Source of the DNA: Candidatus Krumholzibacteriia bacterium
GTDB taxonomy: Bacteria > Krumholzibacteriota > Krumholzibacteriia > LZORAL124-64-63
Length of the DNA stretch: 64,000 nucleotides
Assembly (NCBI GenBank): GCA_050174015.1
Contig: JBFXKG010000001.1
Location: 96,001-160,000 of the forward strand
Reading direction: 5' to 3'
Below are positions 9,864 to 18,431 of the stretch, piece after piece (the stretch's first letter is position 1; each line of letters starts with the position of its first letter). Under the pieces are notes generated by a model. The model ran no database searches. It worked only from the letters and a program-made list of their open reading frames with translations, and had not been told where the DNA came from. A program made the position numbers and the translations under genes.

Positions 9864-10387
9864 GGTCGGGACGATCGGCGGTGGTATTCGGAATGTTGGC
9901 AGTCTTGATTCTCGGGGCAGGGGAGTCCAGGGCACAGGAGGCCGATCCCTGGAAAGTCATGGAACCTCTGGAGGGGATCTGGGAGGGGGCCGGCGAAGGA
10001 TTTGGACAGCAGGCGACGGTGACCCACACATGGGAGTTCATCTTCGATCGGACGTTCCTGCGATTAACGACCGAGTCCCGCGACTCCGCGGGCGGCGTCC
10101 ACAGGGACGTCGGCTACCTGAGCCGGAACACCGACAATGGGACGTTCGTTTTCCGGCAGTTCAACTCGGAGGGGTTCGTCAACACCTATGACGTGCTGGC
10201 CGGTCCGGACGGAAGCGGGTTGAACTTCGCCTACCGGGAATGCGAGAGCGCAGGAGGCATGAAGGCCAGGATGATCCTGGCGATGTTCGGGAAGGAAAAA
10301 TACGAGATGACCCTGGAGCTGGCGAGGGGAAACATGGAGTTCTCCCCCTGCCAGAGCATGACCATGAGGAGGAAGACCGATGGCTGA
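9860..10387 (+). CDS. Signal-peptide-bearing predicted beta-barrel (nitrobindin/lipocalin-like) hypothetical protein
   Basis: [25 protein letters not shown] signal, LEGIWEG motif and beta-strand pattern. ATGA overlap with the upstream gene and 8-nt overlap with the downstream gene. Confidence 0.65.
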   Translation: MRSGRSAVVFGMLAVLILGAGESRAQEADPWKVMEPLEGIWEGAGEGFGQQATVTHTWEFIFDRTFLRLTTESRDSAGGVHRDVGYLSRNTDNGTFVFRQFNSEGFVNTYDVLAGPDGSGLNFAYRECESAGGMKARMILAMFGKEKYEMTLELARGNMEFSPCQSMTMRRKTDG

Positions 10388-10667
10388 CGCCCTGGGAATG
10401 ATCGAATGCAGGAGTTTCGCGGCGACCGTCGAGGCCGCCGATGCGATGGTCAAGGCCGCCCGCGTGGAGCTGGTGGGCTACGAGAAGACCGGCGGCGGCT
10501 ACACGACGGCCATCGTGCGCGGCGACGTCGCCGCGGTGAAGGCCGCCTGCGACGCCGGCCAGACCGCCGCCACCCGCGTGGGTGAGATCGTGGCGGTGCA
10601 CGTGATCGCCCGCCCGCACGCCAACGTCGATGCGGTGATCCCCCTGGGTCGCCCGGGCGAAGAGTAG
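10380..10667 (+). CDS. BMC shell hexamer (BMC-H, EutM/PduA-like)
   Basis: [34 protein letters not shown]. Confidence 0.95.
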   Translation: MADALGMIECRSFAATVEAADAMVKAARVELVGYEKTGGGYTTAIVRGDVAAVKAACDAGQTAATRVGEIVAVHVIARPHANVDAVIPLGRPGEE

Positions 10668-10673
10668 GCGGCC

Positions 10674-10973
10674 GTGAATCTGGCCAAGGTTCTCGGTTCG
10701 GTGGTGGCCACGCGCAAGGAGGAGAGCATCGAGGGCTTGAAGCTATTGATGCTCGGCGTGGCCGGCCCCGACGGCAAGACCACCGGCGCGACGGTGGTGG
10801 CCGTGGATGCGGTGGGCGCGGGCGAGGGGGAGTACGTCCTGTACGCCTCGGGCTCGTCGGCCCGCCAGACGAAGGCCACGGAGGGCCGACCGGTCGATGC
10901 GGTGGTCATGGCCATCGTGGACAGCTGGGACACGGACGGCCAGCTGCGCTACAAGAAGGGCCGTGACGGATGA
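10674..10973 (+). CDS. BMC vertex pentamer (BMC-P, EutN/CcmL family) 1
   Basis: [43 protein letters not shown]. Confidence 0.93.
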   Translation: MNLAKVLGSVVATRKEESIEGLKLLMLGVAGPDGKTTGATVVAVDAVGAGEGEYVLYASGSSARQTKATEGRPVDAVVMAIVDSWDTDGQLRYKKGRDG

Positions 10974-12475
10974 GCCGGCTGACGGATCAGCAGATCGACC
11001 GTATCGCCAGGGAACTGGCCGGGCGGCTCGGAGCGGGCGCGACCCCCCGCACCGTGTCCGAGCCGCCTCCGGCCGTCCTCGGCGGCTACGTGGTCCGGCC
11101 GCAGGTGGAAAGGAGTTCCCCTGCGGCCGCGGCTCCTGCCGCCGCCCCGGGCGACGGGGTCTTCGCCACCGTGGGCGAGTGCATCACCGCGGCGCGGGCG
11201 GCCTTCGGGGAGCTCAGCGCCTCCACGCTGCACAAGCGGACGGTGATCATCGCGGCCGTCCGCGAGGCCATGCTCAAGCACGGGGACGAGCTGGCCCGGC
11301 ACGCCTGGGAGGAGACCGGGCTGGGCCGGTACGAGGACAAGGTCGTCAAGAACAGGCTCGTCACGGAGAAGACGCCGGGCACGGAGGCCCTCGTCCCCGA
11401 GACCGTCACCGGCGACCGCGGCCTGACCCTCACCGAGTGGGCGCCCTTCGGGGTGATCGGGGCCATCACCCCGACCACCAATCCCACCAGCACCGTCATC
11501 TGCAACACCATCGGGATGCTGGCAGCCGGCAACAGCGTGGTTTTCAACGTGCATCCCGGGGCTGCCGGCTGCTCCATGGCCGCGGTGAGGCTGATCAACC
11601 GGGCCATCACCGCGGTCGGCGGTCCTGCCAACCTGGTGACCGCCGTGGCGAAGCCCACCATCGAGTCGGCGACCGAACTGATGCATCATCCGGGCATCAA
11701 CCTGCTGGTGGTCACCGGCGGGCCGGGCGTGGTCAAGGCGGCGATGAAGAGCGGCAAGCGGGCGGTCTGCGCCGGACCCGGCAACCCGCCGGTGGTGGTG
11801 GACGAGACCGCGGACGTCCGCAAGGCCGGCCGGGACATCGTCTTCGGGGCGGGATTCGACAACAACATCATCTGCGTGGACGAGAAGGAGGTCTTCGTGG
11901 TGGCGAGCGTGGCCGACGAGCTGCTCGCGGCCATGAAGGCGGCCGGGGCCTACGTCGCCGACCAGTCCGAACTGCGGAAGCTGGAGAAGGAGATCTTCTC
12001 CGAGATCCGCGGGCCCCGCACCCACTCGGTCGTCAACAAGGATCTCGTCGGGAAGAACGCCGGCGAGATCCTGGGCCGTATCGGCGTGCGCAAGGGTCCC
12101 GAGTGCCGGCTCGTCGTCGCCGAGGTGCCCGAGGACCATCCCCTGGTCTGGTCCGAGCAGCTGATGCCGGTGCTGCCGGTGGTGCGCGTGCCGGACGTGA
12201 ACCGGGCCATCGATCTGGCCCGGGAGGCCGAGCACGGGTTCGGCCACTCCGCCAGCATGCACTCGCGCAACATCGACGCTCTCAGCCGAATGGCGCGGGT
12301 GATCAACACCAGCATCTTCGTCAAGAACGGACCCATCGTGGCCGGGCTCGGGTCCGGCGGCGAGGGCACCACCAGCTTCACCATCGCCAGCCCCACCGGG
12401 GAAGGCATGACCGGCCCGCGCAGCTTCTCGCGCCGCCGCCGGTGCGTGATGGTGGATCACTTCAGGATCGTGTGA
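10970..12475 (+). CDS. CoA-acylating aldehyde dehydrogenase (EutE/PduP-like) with N-terminal encapsulation peptide
   Basis: [39 protein letters not shown] (catalytic Cys), TIASPTGEG. Amphipathic [17 protein letters not shown] followed by an Ala/Pro linker. Confidence 0.93.
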   Translation: MSRLTDQQIDRIARELAGRLGAGATPRTVSEPPPAVLGGYVVRPQVERSSPAAAAPAAAPGDGVFATVGECITAARAAFGELSASTLHKRTVIIAAVREAMLKHGDELARHAWEETGLGRYEDKVVKNRLVTEKTPGTEALVPETVTGDRGLTLTEWAPFGVIGAITPTTNPTSTVICNTIGMLAAGNSVVFNVHPGAAGCSMAAVRLINRAITAVGGPANLVTAVAKPTIESATELMHHPGINLLVVTGGPGVVKAAMKSGKRAVCAGPGNPPVVVDETADVRKAGRDIVFGAGFDNNIICVDEKEVFVVASVADELLAAMKAAGAYVADQSELRKLEKEIFSEIRGPRTHSVVNKDLVGKNAGEILGRIGVRKGPECRLVVAEVPEDHPLVWSEQLMPVLPVVRVPDVNRAIDLAREAEHGFGHSASMHSRNIDALSRMARVINTSIFVKNGPIVAGLGSGGEGTTSFTIASPTGEGMTGPRSFSRRRRCVMVDHFRIV

Positions 12476-13092
12476 TGAACAAGTCCTTGGCTCTCCTGGA
12501 ATTCGGAAGCACGGCCGTCGGCATCCTGGCCATCGACCGCATGCTCAAACGTTCGCCCGTGGCCCTGCTTCGTTGCGGCACTGTGCACCCGGGCCGGTAC
12601 CTGGCCCTGGTCGGCGGCTCGGTGGCCGCCGCCGAGGAGGCCCACGCCGAGGGCGGCCGCGTCGGCGCCGAGAACGCCGCCCTCATCGACGAGGTCCTGC
12701 TGCCCGACCCCCACCCCCTGCTGTCGGCCGCCCTGGGCGGCGCACGCTGCGCCCCGGCCGGCGATGCGGCCGGCGTCATCGAGGTCTCGACCTCGCCCGG
12801 TCTGCTGCGGGCCCTCGACAGGGCGCTGAAGGCCGTCCCGGTTTCCCTGGTGGAGGTGCGCCTGGCCGACGATCTCGGGGGCCGGGCGCTGGCGATCGTG
12901 GACGGCCTTCTGCCCGACGTGAAGGAGGCCCTGGACGTCGCCGTCGGCGGGGCCGGTTCCTGCGCCCAGGTGCTGGGCGCTTCCCTCATGCCGCGCCTGG
13001 ACGAGACCCTGCGCGGGGTCCTGGCCGCCGGCACCCGCTTCGCGACGTGCGTCCCCTGCGAACCTGTTGGCGCCGAGACGGTGGAGGGCTGA
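12475..13092 (+). CDS. BMC shell trimer (PduT-like BMC-T)
   Basis: LALLEFGSTAVGILAIDRMLK, TVHPGRYLALVGG, ALDRALKA..VSLVEVRLADDLGGR; two BMC domains. Confidence 0.85.
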   Translation: MNKSLALLEFGSTAVGILAIDRMLKRSPVALLRCGTVHPGRYLALVGGSVAAAEEAHAEGGRVGAENAALIDEVLLPDPHPLLSAALGGARCAPAGDAAGVIEVSTSPGLLRALDRALKAVPVSLVEVRLADDLGGRALAIVDGLLPDVKEALDVAVGGAGSCAQVLGASLMPRLDETLRGVLAAGTRFATCVPCEPVGAETVEG

Positions 13093-13094
13093 CC

Positions 13095-13379
13095 GTGTTC
13101 CTGGGCAAGGTCATCGGCACCGTGGTGCCCGCGGTCGTCTCCGAGGGACTCGCCGGCGTGCCCCTTCTGTGGGTGCAGCCCCTGGACAAGCGGGGCGAAC
13201 CCGAAGGCAGACCCTTCGTGTGCGCCGACGGCACGCGCATGGCCGGTCCCGGCGAGAGGATCTACTGGGAAGCCAGCCGCGAGGCCGCCCTCACCCTCGA
13301 TCCCAGCTTCGTGCCCGTGGACCACGCGGTGGTCGGCATCGTCGACGACCTGCAGATCGATCCGGAGCCACGATCATGA
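13095..13379 (+). CDS. BMC vertex pentamer (BMC-P) 2
   Basis: GTG start; FLGKVIGTVV, AGPGE, SREAA, PVDHAVVGIVD. Confidence 0.88.
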   Translation: MFLGKVIGTVVPAVVSEGLAGVPLLWVQPLDKRGEPEGRPFVCADGTRMAGPGERIYWEASREAALTLDPSFVPVDHAVVGIVDDLQIDPEPRS

Positions 13380-13663
13380 TCTACGCGCGCGTTACCGGAC
13401 GCATCACCTCGACCATCCACCACCGGGACATGGCGGCCCGCAAGCTGCTGGTCTGCGACAAGCTGGGCCCGGACGGGAAACCGTCCGGCGGCTACGTCAT
13501 CGCCATCGACACCGTCGGAGCCGGCGCCGGGGAGACCGTGATCATCCTGGACGAGGGCAACGGCGCCCGGCAGATCCTGGGGGTCAAGGACATGCCCGTG
13601 CGGTCGGTGGTGGTCGGCGTGGTGGACGAGGTCGCGGCATCCACGCTCGACCCGGGGCCATGA
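13376..13663 (+). CDS. BMC vertex pentamer (BMC-P) 3
   Basis: MIYARVTGRITSTIHH, IAIDTVGAGAGE, EGNGARQ, PVRSVVVGVVD. Confidence 0.9.
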   Translation: MIYARVTGRITSTIHHRDMAARKLLVCDKLGPDGKPSGGYVIAIDTVGAGAGETVIILDEGNGARQILGVKDMPVRSVVVGVVDEVAASTLDPGP

Positions 13664-13683
13664 AGTCCCACCCCGTTGAGGGC

Positions 13684-14280
13684 TCAACCCGGTGAGGGTC
13701 CGTCTCCCCGACGCTCCATCCATCCCGGGGCAACGAGGGCGATCCAGATCACCAGCCCAGCGAACTCCCCGCTCGATGTGGCGAAGCTGTAGGCCGAAAC
13801 GGCCCAAATCAGCATCCGGTCCAGAGCCGCCGGAAAGTCGATAATCTGCCACGGCGTCTCATCCGTCATCAGCTTCAGGTGGATCAACCCGATCCTGGCG
13901 GCCAGCGCGACCTCCAGGAGGACGAAGGCGATGGCGGTCGGCTTCGATCGCCGACGCCAGGGCAACGGTGTGGCGAGGACCAGGGCGAGCAGGAAGGTGT
14001 TGGGGAAGTAGAAACCGGGCCCCGCACCGTAGGGGACGTTGAACAGATCCCGTCCGCCCCTCGGGACGATCCCGACGCTGATGTTGTCGGAGGAGGCGGG
14101 GGCGTGCTCCACCAATCGGTGGACGACGGCGACATCATTCCTAAGGGGGGGGGGCAGAACATTGAAGATCCCGCACAGGGCTCGGGTGCAGGGGACCGCG
14201 ACCGTCGGCCAGAGGGCGAAGGCGACGGCCTGGATGGCCAGGACGATGAGGAAGGAACGGAGCAACGTCCGGGCCGTCAT
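13684..14280 (-). CDS. Exosortase-associated membrane protein
   Basis: Several hydrophobic helices; FLLALVLATPLPWRRR motif resembles exosortase topology. ATGA-coupled to the exosortase gene. Confidence 0.6.
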   Translation of the reverse strand: MTARTLLRSFLIVLAIQAVAFALWPTVAVPCTRALCGIFNVLPPPLRNDVAVVHRLVEHAPASSDNISVGIVPRGGRDLFNVPYGAGPGFYFPNTFLLALVLATPLPWRRRSKPTAIAFVLLEVALAARIGLIHLKLMTDETPWQIIDFPAALDRMLIWAVSAYSFATSSGEFAGLVIWIALVAPGWMERRGDGPSPG

Positions 14281-14801
14281 GTCCGTCGCCTGAACGAGAT
14301 TCGGACGAAGACGAACCACAGCCCGAAGCTGAGGAGGATCATGGCCGGCTGCCAGATCCCTTCGTGGAACAGGTCGAACGAACCCGGCCAGTGGACCCCG
14401 ATGAAATAGAGGGAGACGATCCGGACCAGATTGACCGCCGCGAGCGCCGCAGAACCGCACGCCGCCCCCAGGAGACGCAGCGCCCGGCCGCCGGGAATGG
14501 CCAGGACTCCTGCGATGAAAACGATGATCGCGTCCACGGCGTCGCAATCGGTGACGATGGAGAAGGCGAAGCTATTGCCGGCGACCATGTTCCCGTGGGC
14601 GACGACCTGCTCTCCGAGGACCCGGAGGACGACGGCCGAGGATTTCGCCAGGGCTTCGAGGTAGGATTCGAAGGCTGGATTCGGACGCAGGATGCCGTGG
14701 TAGAAAATTTCGCCGGCGGCGAGAACCGTGAGGAATCTTCCCAGGAAGGCGAAGTAGGCCCCCGCAGGTCCCTGCATGGCGCTGGCGATCCCTCCGGACA
14801 T
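14277..14801 (-). CDS. xrtH: Exosortase H-like transpeptidase (start could be 14777)
   Basis: Catalytic triad context FSIVTDCDAVD (Cys), VNLVRIVSLYFIG (Arg), FDLFHEGIWQ (His); multi-TM. Confidence 0.85.
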   Translation of the reverse strand: MSGGIASAMQGPAGAYFAFLGRFLTVLAAGEIFYHGILRPNPAFESYLEALAKSSAVVLRVLGEQVVAHGNMVAGNSFAFSIVTDCDAVDAIIVFIAGVLAIPGGRALRLLGAACGSAALAAVNLVRIVSLYFIGVHWPGSFDLFHEGIWQPAMILLSFGLWFVFVRISFRRRT

Positions 14802-14891
14802 CCAGGATTCCAATCCGATGGGGGGTGGCGGTCGGGTTCGAACCGGAGCATCGCCCCTGAACAGGCCGCCGCAAACAAGGGCGGATTCATT

Positions 14892-14930
14892 GTTGACCAA
14901 TTCAAACCGATTTGGTATGAATTAGTCAAC
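14892..14930. promoter_or_regulatory. 39-bp imperfect palindrome, possible bidirectional promoter/operator
   Basis: GTTGACCAATTCAAACC-N5-GGTATGAATTAGTCAAC (15/17 symmetric), with TTGAC on both strands, between divergent genes. Confidence 0.55.
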
Positions 14931-15016
14931 CCTGGACCGGGTGCTGGGTGGTGTGTTCGACCGGTCTTTGGTCCTGGGCATGGCCGGTCCCAATCCTTTC
15001 GAAAGGAGCGGCCGCC

Positions 15017-16405
15017 ATGCGCCCGATCATCCCTGTCTCCTGCATCCTCATCCTCATCAGCCTCTTCGGCAGCGCGACCCCTTCCCAGGCCGTGAATTAC
15101 ATCAACGACTGGCACTGGACCTGGACCCGGGCCACCCAGACGTTGGCGCCGAATGTCAATCCCCTCGTCCTGAACCCCGCCACCTGGGGAAGTTGGGACC
15201 CCTACATCAACTACATCATTGTGACGGCGAAGAGCGCCGAAGGCATGGGGGCCGCAGGAAGACCGACCGACAAGGCGGCATACATCATCGACTGGGACTG
15301 GGTGGTGAATCAGCAGGGAATCGCAGGGACCAACCAGAATCCCCTCGTGCTCGATCCGGCCACCTGGGTCGGCTTTTCCCCGGTCTGGACCGAGATGGTC
15401 GTCGCCGACAACAAGACCCTCGATCCGGAATGGAGTGCCAGGGCCGATGCGGCCGAGGGGAAGCCCACCGACAAGGCGGCGTACATCATCGACTGGAACT
15501 TCACGGTGACCGCGGCCGGGGTCGCCATGACGAACCAGAATCCCCTCGTGCTCGACCCGGACACATGGACGGGGTTCTCCCCGGTCTGGACCGAGATGAT
15601 CATCGGGGACGGCAGCCCGTTCCCCTGGACGAGGGTCACCTTCACGCAGACCGCCGGGCCCATTCCGAACGCCTTCGATGCGGTGATCCTGAGCGGGCAG
15701 CTCAGCAACTGCGGCACCTCCATCCTGAATGCCGGGTGTGTCGAGATCGGCAACCTGCCTCCCGGTCTCTACGCGATCGACGTCGTCGTGGAACCCGGCC
15801 TGGCCTTGACGCAGGTCCAGGTCCAGGTCCTCAACCCCGGGTGGACGAGAGTCACCTTCACCCAGACCGCCGGGCCCATGCCGAACGCCTTCGACGCGGT
15901 GATCGACAGGGGCGATCTCAGCAACTGCGGAACCTCCATCCTGAATGCCGAGTGTGTCGAGATCGGCAACCTGCCTCCCGGTCTCTACGCGATCGACGTC
16001 GTTGTGGAACCCGGTTTCGCCTTGACGCAGGCCCAGATCCAGATCATCGACAACACCCCCTGGTATTCGGTCACCTTCAACCAGACCGCAGGACCGGTCC
16101 CCAACGTGTTCGGGCCCCTCACTGTCTACAACGGAGAAGTCAGCAACTGCGCATCCATACTGGATGCCCAATGCAGGTATATCGGCAACGTCCAGCCGGG
16201 CATCTACGGTATCCAGGCGACCATGACCTTTGTCGGCAATAAGGCCCCGGTGACCCGGACGATCCCGCTGGAAGTCGGGTCGGGAACCGTCGTCGTCTCG
16301 GGGGGCGCCACACCCGCGGTGAGCAGCGCGGGATTGATCGTGCTGGGATTGTCGATCCTTACCGGTGGAGGGGTCCTGGTCCGGCGCAGCCGGAAAGGTG
16401 CCTGA
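15017..16405 (+). CDS. Secreted repeat protein with IPTL-CTERM-like sorting signal
   Basis: AAAGGAG RBS, signal peptide, internal repeats. C-terminus TPAVSSAGLIVLGLSILTGGGVLVRRSRKGA (motif + TM + basic cluster). Confidence 0.8.
   Translation: MRPIIPVSCILILISLFGSATPSQAVNYINDWHWTWTRATQTLAPNVNPLVLNPATWGSWDPYINYIIVTAKSAEGMGAAGRPTDKAAYIIDWDWVVNQQGIAGTNQNPLVLDPATWVGFSPVWTEMVVADNKTLDPEWSARADAAEGKPTDKAAYIIDWNFTVTAAGVAMTNQNPLVLDPDTWTGFSPVWTEMIIGDGSPFPWTRVTFTQTAGPIPNAFDAVILSGQLSNCGTSILNAGCVEIGNLPPGLYAIDVVVEPGLALTQVQVQVLNPGWTRVTFTQTAGPMPNAFDAVIDRGDLSNCGTSILNAECVEIGNLPPGLYAIDVVVEPGFALTQAQIQIIDNTPWYSVTFNQTAGPVPNVFGPLTVYNGEVSNCASILDAQCRYIGNVQPGIYGIQATMTFVGNKAPVTRTIPLEVGSGTVVVSGGATPAVSSAGLIVLGLSILTGGGVLVRRSRKGA
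15263..16240 (+). repeat. Intragenic tandem repeats: two 201-nt units and three ~216-219-nt units
   Basis: PTDKAAYIIDW...NQNPLVLDP.TW.GFSPVWTEM at 15263 and 15464. W..VTF.QTAGP.PN.F...SNC..SIL.A.C..IGN..PG.Y at 15626, 15842 and 16061. Confidence 0.9.
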
Positions 16406-16432
16406 CCCGATTCGTCCGAGCCCAGAGGTCCT

Positions 16433-16582
16433 TCAGTCCCTTTCGGACTCCGGGAGTCCACGGCGGGCCGCGAACCTGGCCACCTCCTCGGGGTCTGCCG
16501 CCGGGTACTCCGGTTCCAGGGACCGCAGCGTCTTCACGAGGGTCTCGGCGACCGCATCCAGCAGGGGAAGCGCCGGATTCAT
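16433..16582 (-). CDS. 49-aa small ORF resembling the C-terminal tail of PPK2-family polyphosphate kinases (possible remnant)
   Basis: AAGGAGG RBS, then MNPALPLLDAVAETLVKTLRSLEPEYPAADPEEVARFAARRGLPESERD*. Confidence 0.4.
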   Translation of the reverse strand: MNPALPLLDAVAETLVKTLRSLEPEYPAADPEEVARFAARRGLPESERD

Positions 16583-16651
16583 CAGATCCTCCTTGCCAAA
16601 AGAGACTAAACGGACCTTATTGTCCTTTAAGTTTCAGCAAGGAGGATTCCC

Positions 16652-17911
16652 GTGAGCGAACTGATCCACGATCGCCGCCGCCGGCAGGACCTGCTCAAGC
16701 ACATGATCCTGCAGCTCCACGCCGGCGAGGCCCCCGAATCGGTCAAGCACCAGCTGGTCCAGCTGCTGGGCCGCATCCCCTACGACGACGTGGTCGTCGT
16801 CGAGCAGGAGCTCATCGCCGAGGGCACCCCGGTCGAGGAGATCCTGAAGCTCTGCGACATCCATCACCAGGCCATGAAGGGGTCCCTCGACTCCGGGTCG
16901 CAATCCGAACTTCCCCAGGGACATCCGGTCCGGGTGTTCCGCGAGGAGAACCGGGCCCTGGAGTGGGAGACCGGCCTCATCGCCAAGATCCTGGGGCAGG
17001 TCGCCGACCTGCCGGCTGACGAGACGCCCGGAGACCTGCTGGGCGAGTTGCGCATGCGCTTCAACTCCCTGATGGACGTGGAGAAGCACTACCTGCGCAA
17101 GGAGAACCTGCTGTTCCCCTACCTGGAGAAGAAGGGGATCACGGGCCCGCCGACGGTGATGTGGGGCAAGCACGACGAGGCCCGGGCCCTGCTCAAGGGC
17201 GCGGCGGAGGTCCTGGCGACGGCCGCCGCCGACGGGGTGACCGCCGGCGAGCTTACCGCCGCCCTGGAACTGACCCTCAATCCTGCCCTGGAGGCGGTGA
17301 CGGGCATGGTGGACAAGGAGGAGCAGATCCTGCTGCCCATGTGCCTGGACGCCCTGACGGAGGCCGAATGGTTCGCGATCGCCGAGGGCAGCGACGAGAT
17401 CGGCTGGTGCCTGGTGGTGCCCGAGGGCCGGTGGGTGCCCGCGGGGATGGACGCTCCCGCCGGAACGGCCGCTGCCGACGGCCAGAAGGTCAAGTTCCCC
17501 ACGGGGATGCTCACCCCGGCCCAGCTCGAGGTCCTGCTCAACACCATCCCGTTCGACGTGACCTTCGTGGATTCGGAGGATACCGTCCGCTACTTCAGCC
17601 ACGGCCGCGAGCGCATCTTCGCCCGCACCAAGGCCATCCTGGGCCGGAAGGTGCAGTACTGCCATCCGCCCAAGAGCGTGAGCATGGTCGAGCGCATCCT
17701 GGACGACTTCCGCGGCGGGCAACAGGACCACGCCCGCTTCTGGATCACCCTGGGCGGCCGATTCCTGTGCATCGAGTACTTCGCCATGCGGAGCGAGGAC
17801 GGGACGTACCTGGGCTGCCTCGAGGTGAGCCAGGATCTCACCGAGAAGCGCGCCCTCAGCGGGGAGCAACGCCTGCTGAACTACGTGGGAGGAGAGAAGA
17901 ACGATGGCTGA
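16652..17911 (+). CDS. DUF438/hemerythrin-like + PAS domain protein
   Basis: EQELIAEG..EEILKLCDIH, GHPVRVFREEN, HYLRKENLLFPYLE, VMWGKHDE, C-terminal PAS with CHPPKS. Confidence 0.88.
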   Translation: MSELIHDRRRRQDLLKHMILQLHAGEAPESVKHQLVQLLGRIPYDDVVVVEQELIAEGTPVEEILKLCDIHHQAMKGSLDSGSQSELPQGHPVRVFREENRALEWETGLIAKILGQVADLPADETPGDLLGELRMRFNSLMDVEKHYLRKENLLFPYLEKKGITGPPTVMWGKHDEARALLKGAAEVLATAAADGVTAGELTAALELTLNPALEAVTGMVDKEEQILLPMCLDALTEAEWFAIAEGSDEIGWCLVVPEGRWVPAGMDAPAGTAAADGQKVKFPTGMLTPAQLEVLLNTIPFDVTFVDSEDTVRYFSHGRERIFARTKAILGRKVQYCHPPKSVSMVERILDDFRGGQQDHARFWITLGGRFLCIEYFAMRSEDGTYLGCLEVSQDLTEKRALSGEQRLLNYVGGEKNDG

Positions 17912-18431
17912 CCGCGTGGACATCGCCCCCGAGACCAAGCTGGCCGACCTGCTGGATTCCTGGCCCGGACTGGAGGACGAGCTCATCCGGATCGCACCGC
18001 CGTTCGCCAAGCTGCGCAACCCGGTCCTGCGCCGGACGATCGCCCGGGTCACCACCCTGCGCCAGGCGGCCGGGGTGGGCGGCGTGCCGTTGCCCGAGCT
18101 GATCTCCCGCTTGCGGCAGGCTGCGGGCCTGCAGGAACTCGCGGTGGACGGGGAGAACGGAGCCCGATCAGCGGGGCGTCCCTCCTGGCTGGACACCGTC
18201 ACCGTGGTCGAACGATACGACGCCCGCGAGGACATCGAGGCCGGCAGGCATCCGGTGGGCGCGGTCCTGGCCCGGCTCAAGACCCTGGTTCTCGGCGAAG
18301 CCTACGAACTGGTGACGGGATTCGAACCCACGCCGCTGATCGACAGGGCACGGGACCAGGGGGCTCTGGCCTGGACGAGCGCGGAGGGGGACGGGCTGTT
18401 CGTGACCACCTTCGCGGTGGCTCCGGACTAG
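17904..18431 (+). CDS. DUF1858 + DUF2249 (SirA/TusA-like) domain protein
   Basis: IAPETKLADLL..WPGLEDELI...FAKLRNPVLRRTIARVTTL; C-terminal YDARE....GRHP...FEPTPLI. Confidence 0.75.
   Translation: MADRVDIAPETKLADLLDSWPGLEDELIRIAPPFAKLRNPVLRRTIARVTTLRQAAGVGGVPLPELISRLRQAAGLQELAVDGENGARSAGRPSWLDTVTVVERYDAREDIEAGRHPVGAVLARLKTLVLGEAYELVTGFEPTPLIDRARDQGALAWTSAEGDGLFVTTFAVAPD

Noticed and set aside
15263..16240. Direct repeats considered as a CRISPR array or DGR template/variable repeat
   Set aside because: Units are ~200-nt in-frame coding duplications with no spacers, no evident adenine-specific mismatch pattern, and no cas or reverse-transcriptase gene in the window.
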